From: the human T2T-CHM13v2.0 reference genome, Homo sapiens | DNA length: 64,000 nt | Assembly (NCBI RefSeq): GCF_009914755.1 | Contig: NC_060940.1 | Reading direction: 5' to 3' (one strand) | Shown here: piece by piece, positions 58,651 to 64,000 of the stretch | Position numbering within the stretch: the first letter of the stretch is position 1 | How the letters are laid out: each line of letters begins with the position of its first letter | Program-made: the position numbers and the translations under genes | Notes under the pieces: model-generated | Databases searched by the model: none | Seen by the model: the letters and a program-made list of their open reading frames with translations, nothing else | Told to the model about the DNA's origin: nothing

Positions 58651-60230
58651 ATGTTTATTTTTTTTTCTGAGTAGTAGCATGGGTGGTGGTACCAGTAGTT
58701 ACACTGTGACTAGATCAAATAATAAGTCAAGTAATAATTTGCTCAGGAAAATAATCCACTTTCATTAAATAAACTCTTGTCGTGCCATATGGTTCATATT
58801 CCAAGCAGACAATCCTTCCCAAACTGGGCAAACATCCAGCCAGCCATAGTTGTAAGACGAAATAAAAAAAGATATAGATCCAGGCAAACAAAACTGAGTT
58901 TCTATTAGCATCAGTATTAGAAGAGTCTTTTCCTGGAATCGCGTGATGACAGCTATCATCTTCTGCACTCTGCCTCAACCAGGGAGGAGAAATCCATTGG
59001 GCAGGGTAAATGACCTGGGGCTCACCACAAAGTACATTGTCTCTAAATGTGAAGCTCTGTGTTCATAGGGGATAAGTTTTTCTGACTCGGTGTGTGGTTC
59101 TCGTTCATGCTGGCTAAGACTGAAAACTTGGGCAGCTAAAATGTGGTTATCCTCTTTTCAAATAGAAAGTCTGGTCTGCCTTGAGCTCTAAATTCTATAT
59201 TCATGCCTTCCTATGCCCTTATCATTCATATCAATGAAGATAGAATGTAAGTAGCAATGGGTATTAAATCATTTGAATGCGTTAAAAAATAAATCCTCAT
59301 ATCTTTTCACTTGGCAAGATATATTTGATAGCTTATCTGCTCTGGCCAAAGATTTCCTTTGACTAATATTGAATCTCCCCATATCTTGTGGGTAGATGGG
59401 GGTAGGGTTTCTGCTGGAGAAACTGTCAACCAAAAATGGAAAATTTGGCAATAAACCTTCCTGCTTGGTATTGGAGTTTCAGCACTGTGTTCCCTGTTTG
59501 TCTGAAAAGAATGAACTATGCTTTATATCTGATTTTTCAAAGGTTCCAAAGATTATGGATAGGCCAAAAGTGATTCATGGTCTATCATTTAAAATATTTG
59601 ATGAAATGGAATACGTTTAGAAAAGAGCTGAAAAAATTAGGGGCTCTAGAGAACTTCATTCAGAGCAATCATAAACTCTTTGGAAGACAAAACACAATTC
59701 AATCTTTCCAAAAATGTGTTCCTTGAGGCACAAACTTTTTCAGAGTACGGGCAGGGGGAATTCATGGTCAAATAAGTTTGAGACACACGGAACAGTAATT
59801 ATTCCTCTTAAATGTACCTTCAACACAAAAAGAAGAACTATGTTTACCTTTGCTGTTTTCAACCCTTATACAAAAACACTCATTTCAGATTTTTTTTAAA
59901 GAAACACTGATTGATATCCCATGGATCAATCTAGAGTTCTGTTGAATACACTGTCAATTGCTTAGATTGAAAAAGTATTCCGTTTGTAGTGAGTAGAAAG
60001 TAGGAAGCCACTATGTCAGATTTTCACAGCATCCTTCAAAAGAGTGTTCTAGGAAACCTCTCAATGACAAAGTTTTCCTATATTGATTTCCATTTTGTTC
60101 AGTACTAAAGATGGATCTTTCATCAGCAAGAACTCTGGAAAAGATGATTAAGATGGGGACACTTACCCTCTCTGAACTAAAAATTATTAAAATTTAATTT
60201 AGGTTTAATTTACTTTATATATTTGAAGGT

Positions 60231-60379
60231 TTTGATTTGCATTTCTCTAATAAACAGTAATGATGAGCTTTTTTTTTCATATGTTTGTCGGCTGCATAAA
60301 AGTCTTCTTTTGAGGAGTGGCTGTTCATATCCGTCACCTGCTTTTTGGTGGGGGTGTTTGTTTTGTTCTTGTAAATTTG
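60231..60379 (-). mobile_element. Isolated internal L1PA ORF2 fragment without poly(A)
   Basis: tttgatttgcatttctctaat...ttcttgtaaatttg flanked by the direct repeat tttgaaggt (60222-60230, 60380-60388). Confidence 0.85.
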
Positions 60380-60840
60380 TTTGAAGGTGATATTGTTATA
60401 GTCATAGCTTTAAATTTCTTTTTAACATTTCAAGAAGTCTCATACCCACTCTCTTGACCAAGAGAGAAAGGGATAGAATTACAACAACATTTTTTGGTGA
60501 TTACGTGACTTTCTCTCACTAAGTATGTCCTGGCAGGAATAAAAGGGCTTATAATCATTGGGGTGGTGGGCAGCTGTGATGAGGTGGTTTAGAGTCAGAC
60601 TCAGCCTTCTCTACTGGCTTTGAATGGTGAACCATAGGAGGTGTATTATTGCATTTTTCTGAATATGAGTTTCTCCATCTGGATAGCAAGGATATATTAC
60701 TGCCTATCTTAGAATGCAGAATAGTAGAATTAGAAATTCTACTGGGAATAGTAGAATTAGAAAATTTAGGTAAACTGCTTGGTACATTCAGGTGCTCATC
60801 AAATATTGGTTAGTTTAGTTTATATTTTTTTCCTGCACAG

Positions 60841-61069
60841 CAGTGATTCTCAACTGGGAGCAATTTTGTTCCACCAATCACACCCCCAGAGGACACTTGG
60901 TGATAATATCTGGAGGCATTTTTGGTTGTCATAACTGAGGGGAAGTGCTATTGGGGCCTGGTGGGTGGAGGCCAGGGATGCTGGTAAACATCCTGCATAT
61001 ACAGGAAAGCCATCATAACAAATAATTATCCAGTCCCAAATGTCAACAGTGCCAAGACTGAGAAACTGT
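60841..61069 (+). mobile_element. MER20 (hAT-Charlie)
   Basis: cagtgattctcaactggg...gaggccagggatgctg...ccaaatgtcaacagtgccaagactgagaaac. Confidence 0.88.
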
Positions 61070-62941
61070 GCTCTATAGCAGGGTAATGACACACCGTCTG
61101 CTTCCACTACCAAAGCAGACGGTATTTAGCTATTCCAGCACAGATCAGAGCACGTAGAGGCATCTCTTAAGGGGAAAAGAAACAACACTTTGGAGACCAG
61201 AAGCATTCAAAATCATGAAAGTTTAAATTCTGAATACTGTATTCATTTTAATCAATTAGCAGTAATGAATGCACTGTGTTACTTATAAACAAAAGTCAGT
61301 GACAAAGAAAACTCCAAGAAAAGAAAAAAGAGACTAGAAAGTGTTCTGCAGATCTAGCAAGTTAAAAATGTTGAACTTCCTTTACCCCCTTTTTGGCCAT
61401 TGAGCATGTTTATTTCCCTATGGAGTTGGAGAATCCGCTTGATTTCAATAAAAAGATCTACCATATTGTATGTCTAAACTGTGCTTTTTACTTTGAGAAA
61501 ATCAGGCATTAAAATCCATGTCATGAAACTCTGGGGGACATTTTGGCTTTCAGCACAGATATGTTAATAACACTAGACACTTTGAGATGCCATGCTGCAT
61601 ACCATAAAATAGTAATAAGGGGACTAAAAAAGAGGAAAGTGTATGTGTGTGTTTTGTGTGCACATGTGTTATTTCCCTTGCATGCACACACACACTTAGT
61701 ATTTGCTTGGAGATGCTGTATATAGCATCATTTAAGTTAGCTGTAGTTCACATCACCAATAATTTGGAAAAACTTTAGGAAGGACAGAGGTTTATTATTT
61801 TTTAAATGTGGTAAGTTACAAGCAAAAGTAGAGAGGCTACTTACAGGAACAGTTTGATTTGCCTATAATGCAACTCCAGTGAGACAGCAAGATAGAGTAT
61901 TGGTTTCTTAGAGTTTTGAGCTCTACAAACCATTTGAAAGAAACTAAAGAATCAAGGTGAAAGAAGAGAGAGTAAAATTTTTAATAGATAAGCACTTACT
62001 TATAAGGAAGCATTTCTTTTGAAAATTGGAAGATATATAGAGAAGCCCTAAGGCATTCTCACACATGGAATAAAAAACAAATGTAGGTGTTTTCAAGGAG
62101 AATAAGAAGATAGCAGGATCCAGTAAACTCATCTTTCACTCAGTTTCTGATTAGATGAATACAAACAGAAAGGCAATCTGCTAGCGTCCTCCAAACCTAG
62201 AATGCAGACATCTTCAATCTGGGCATTGATGGCATTCTTTACCCTCAGCAAGGAAGACTTGTTCTGACCTGTTCATTTGGATTTCAGTGCCTTTTTAGGC
62301 CAGATTCGCCAGATTCCCTTTTGATCTTTCCTTTGCTTGTTAGAGCTGAGATTCCAAAAAAAAAAAAAAAAAAAAGAAAGAAAATGTATTCACTTGAGCC
62401 CTGATATAGTGGCTTTCCAAATTATTATAATATTAGGTCTTCATTATTGCAGCTCTGGGAGCTCAGAAAAATCACTTCCTCTTTCAATGCCTCATTTTCT
62501 TCATCTGTAAAAAGGGATATTATTATTAATAGTGGCAATCCCAGGGAATAGTTTATGGGAATTAGATGTGAAGCTCTGAGCACAGTGTCTGGCACACACA
62601 AACCCCCATATTGCTTGTTGTGGTTGGTATTGTTAATTTTATTTTTAGTATCATTATTATTTAGGACCTCTAATTATCTCTATAGATGAGACACTCAGTG
62701 TCATCCAAACAGTCATCAAACATTTGTTATTGTACTATGACATTCTACAGAATTTCCCAGGCGTTGAAATTTAGAGAAATGATAAAACAATCTGCCATCA
62801 AGGAGCTTGCAACAGGAATGGAGGCAGGCACGGAGGCATGATAGCATTATCATGCACATGCGATATGGCTGTCCTATCAGGCTGGCAGCAGAAAGGGGTA
62901 TCAAAAAAGGATTGTTGCAGGAGGTGCACTTGAACAGGTCA

Positions 62942-63662
<721 letters not shown>

Positions 63663-63900
63663 CTATACAAATAGAAATTAGCTAGGGGAAGTGGATTCGG
63701 TAGGGTATGATATGGTGGTGGAGGGAAACAGCATAAAGAAAAGCCTAGAGGTCATCTACAGGCCTCCTCAACTGCCACCCATTGATGTATTTCAGCCTCA
63801 ATTAATTATGAACAAACATAGTAAGTGCCCTTCCCTTTTACAGGACAGGTACAATATCCTAATTTGACATGCATAACCATATTCAATCTTCATCATTCCC

Positions 63901-64000
63901 TTAATTAATTAATTTATTTAGAGACAGGGTCTCACTGTGCCACCCAGGCTGGAGTGCAGTGGGGTGATCATGGCTCGCTGCAGCTTCGACCTCCTGGGCT
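63901..64000 (-). mobile_element. AluJ, cut by the window end
   Basis: gagacagggtctcactgtgccacccaggctggagtgcagt. Confidence 0.9.

Noticed and set aside
60231-60379. Fragment as a local copy of the L1PA at 49430-49590
   Set aside because: Diagnostic bases differ (aaacatatgaaaaaa..agctc versus agacacatgaaaaaatgctc), indicating a different donor.

Overview
Primate (very likely human) AT-rich intronic or intergenic DNA. I find no recognisable protein-coding exon, processed pseudogene, tRNA/rRNA gene, CpG island or CRISPR array, and I cannot name the locus. About half the window is transposon-derived: about 19 Alu elements or fragments, a complete MLT1A MaLR provirus (88-2770), many solo LTRs (MLT1, MST, THE1, LTR8 x2, LTR16, LTR33, MER39-like), DNA transposons (MER1B, MER5A, MER20), MIR/L2 relics, old L1M blocks, and one L1PA5/6-like element (about 45750-50299) that keeps both ends but has lost its reverse-transcriptase domain. 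Almost all ORFs in the supplied track are repeat artefacts or chance. Subfamily names come from my recall of consensus sequences and need RepeatMasker/Dfam confirmation. The most unusual signal is a recurrent set of locally templated insertions, where DNA was copied from within 1 kb and pasted into nearby repeats: a 164-bp direct copy, a ~107-bp inverted copy, a ~70-bp copy inside an Alu tail, and several micro template-switch scars. There are also atypical retrotransposition products: a 37-nt TSD-flanked micro-retrocopy, an L1PB 3' transduction, a tailless L1 fragment, and a TSD-less L1 with probable target deletion. Several repeat-free, motif-dense blocks look like developmental enhancers. 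The sequence alone does not support a new multi-gene system.
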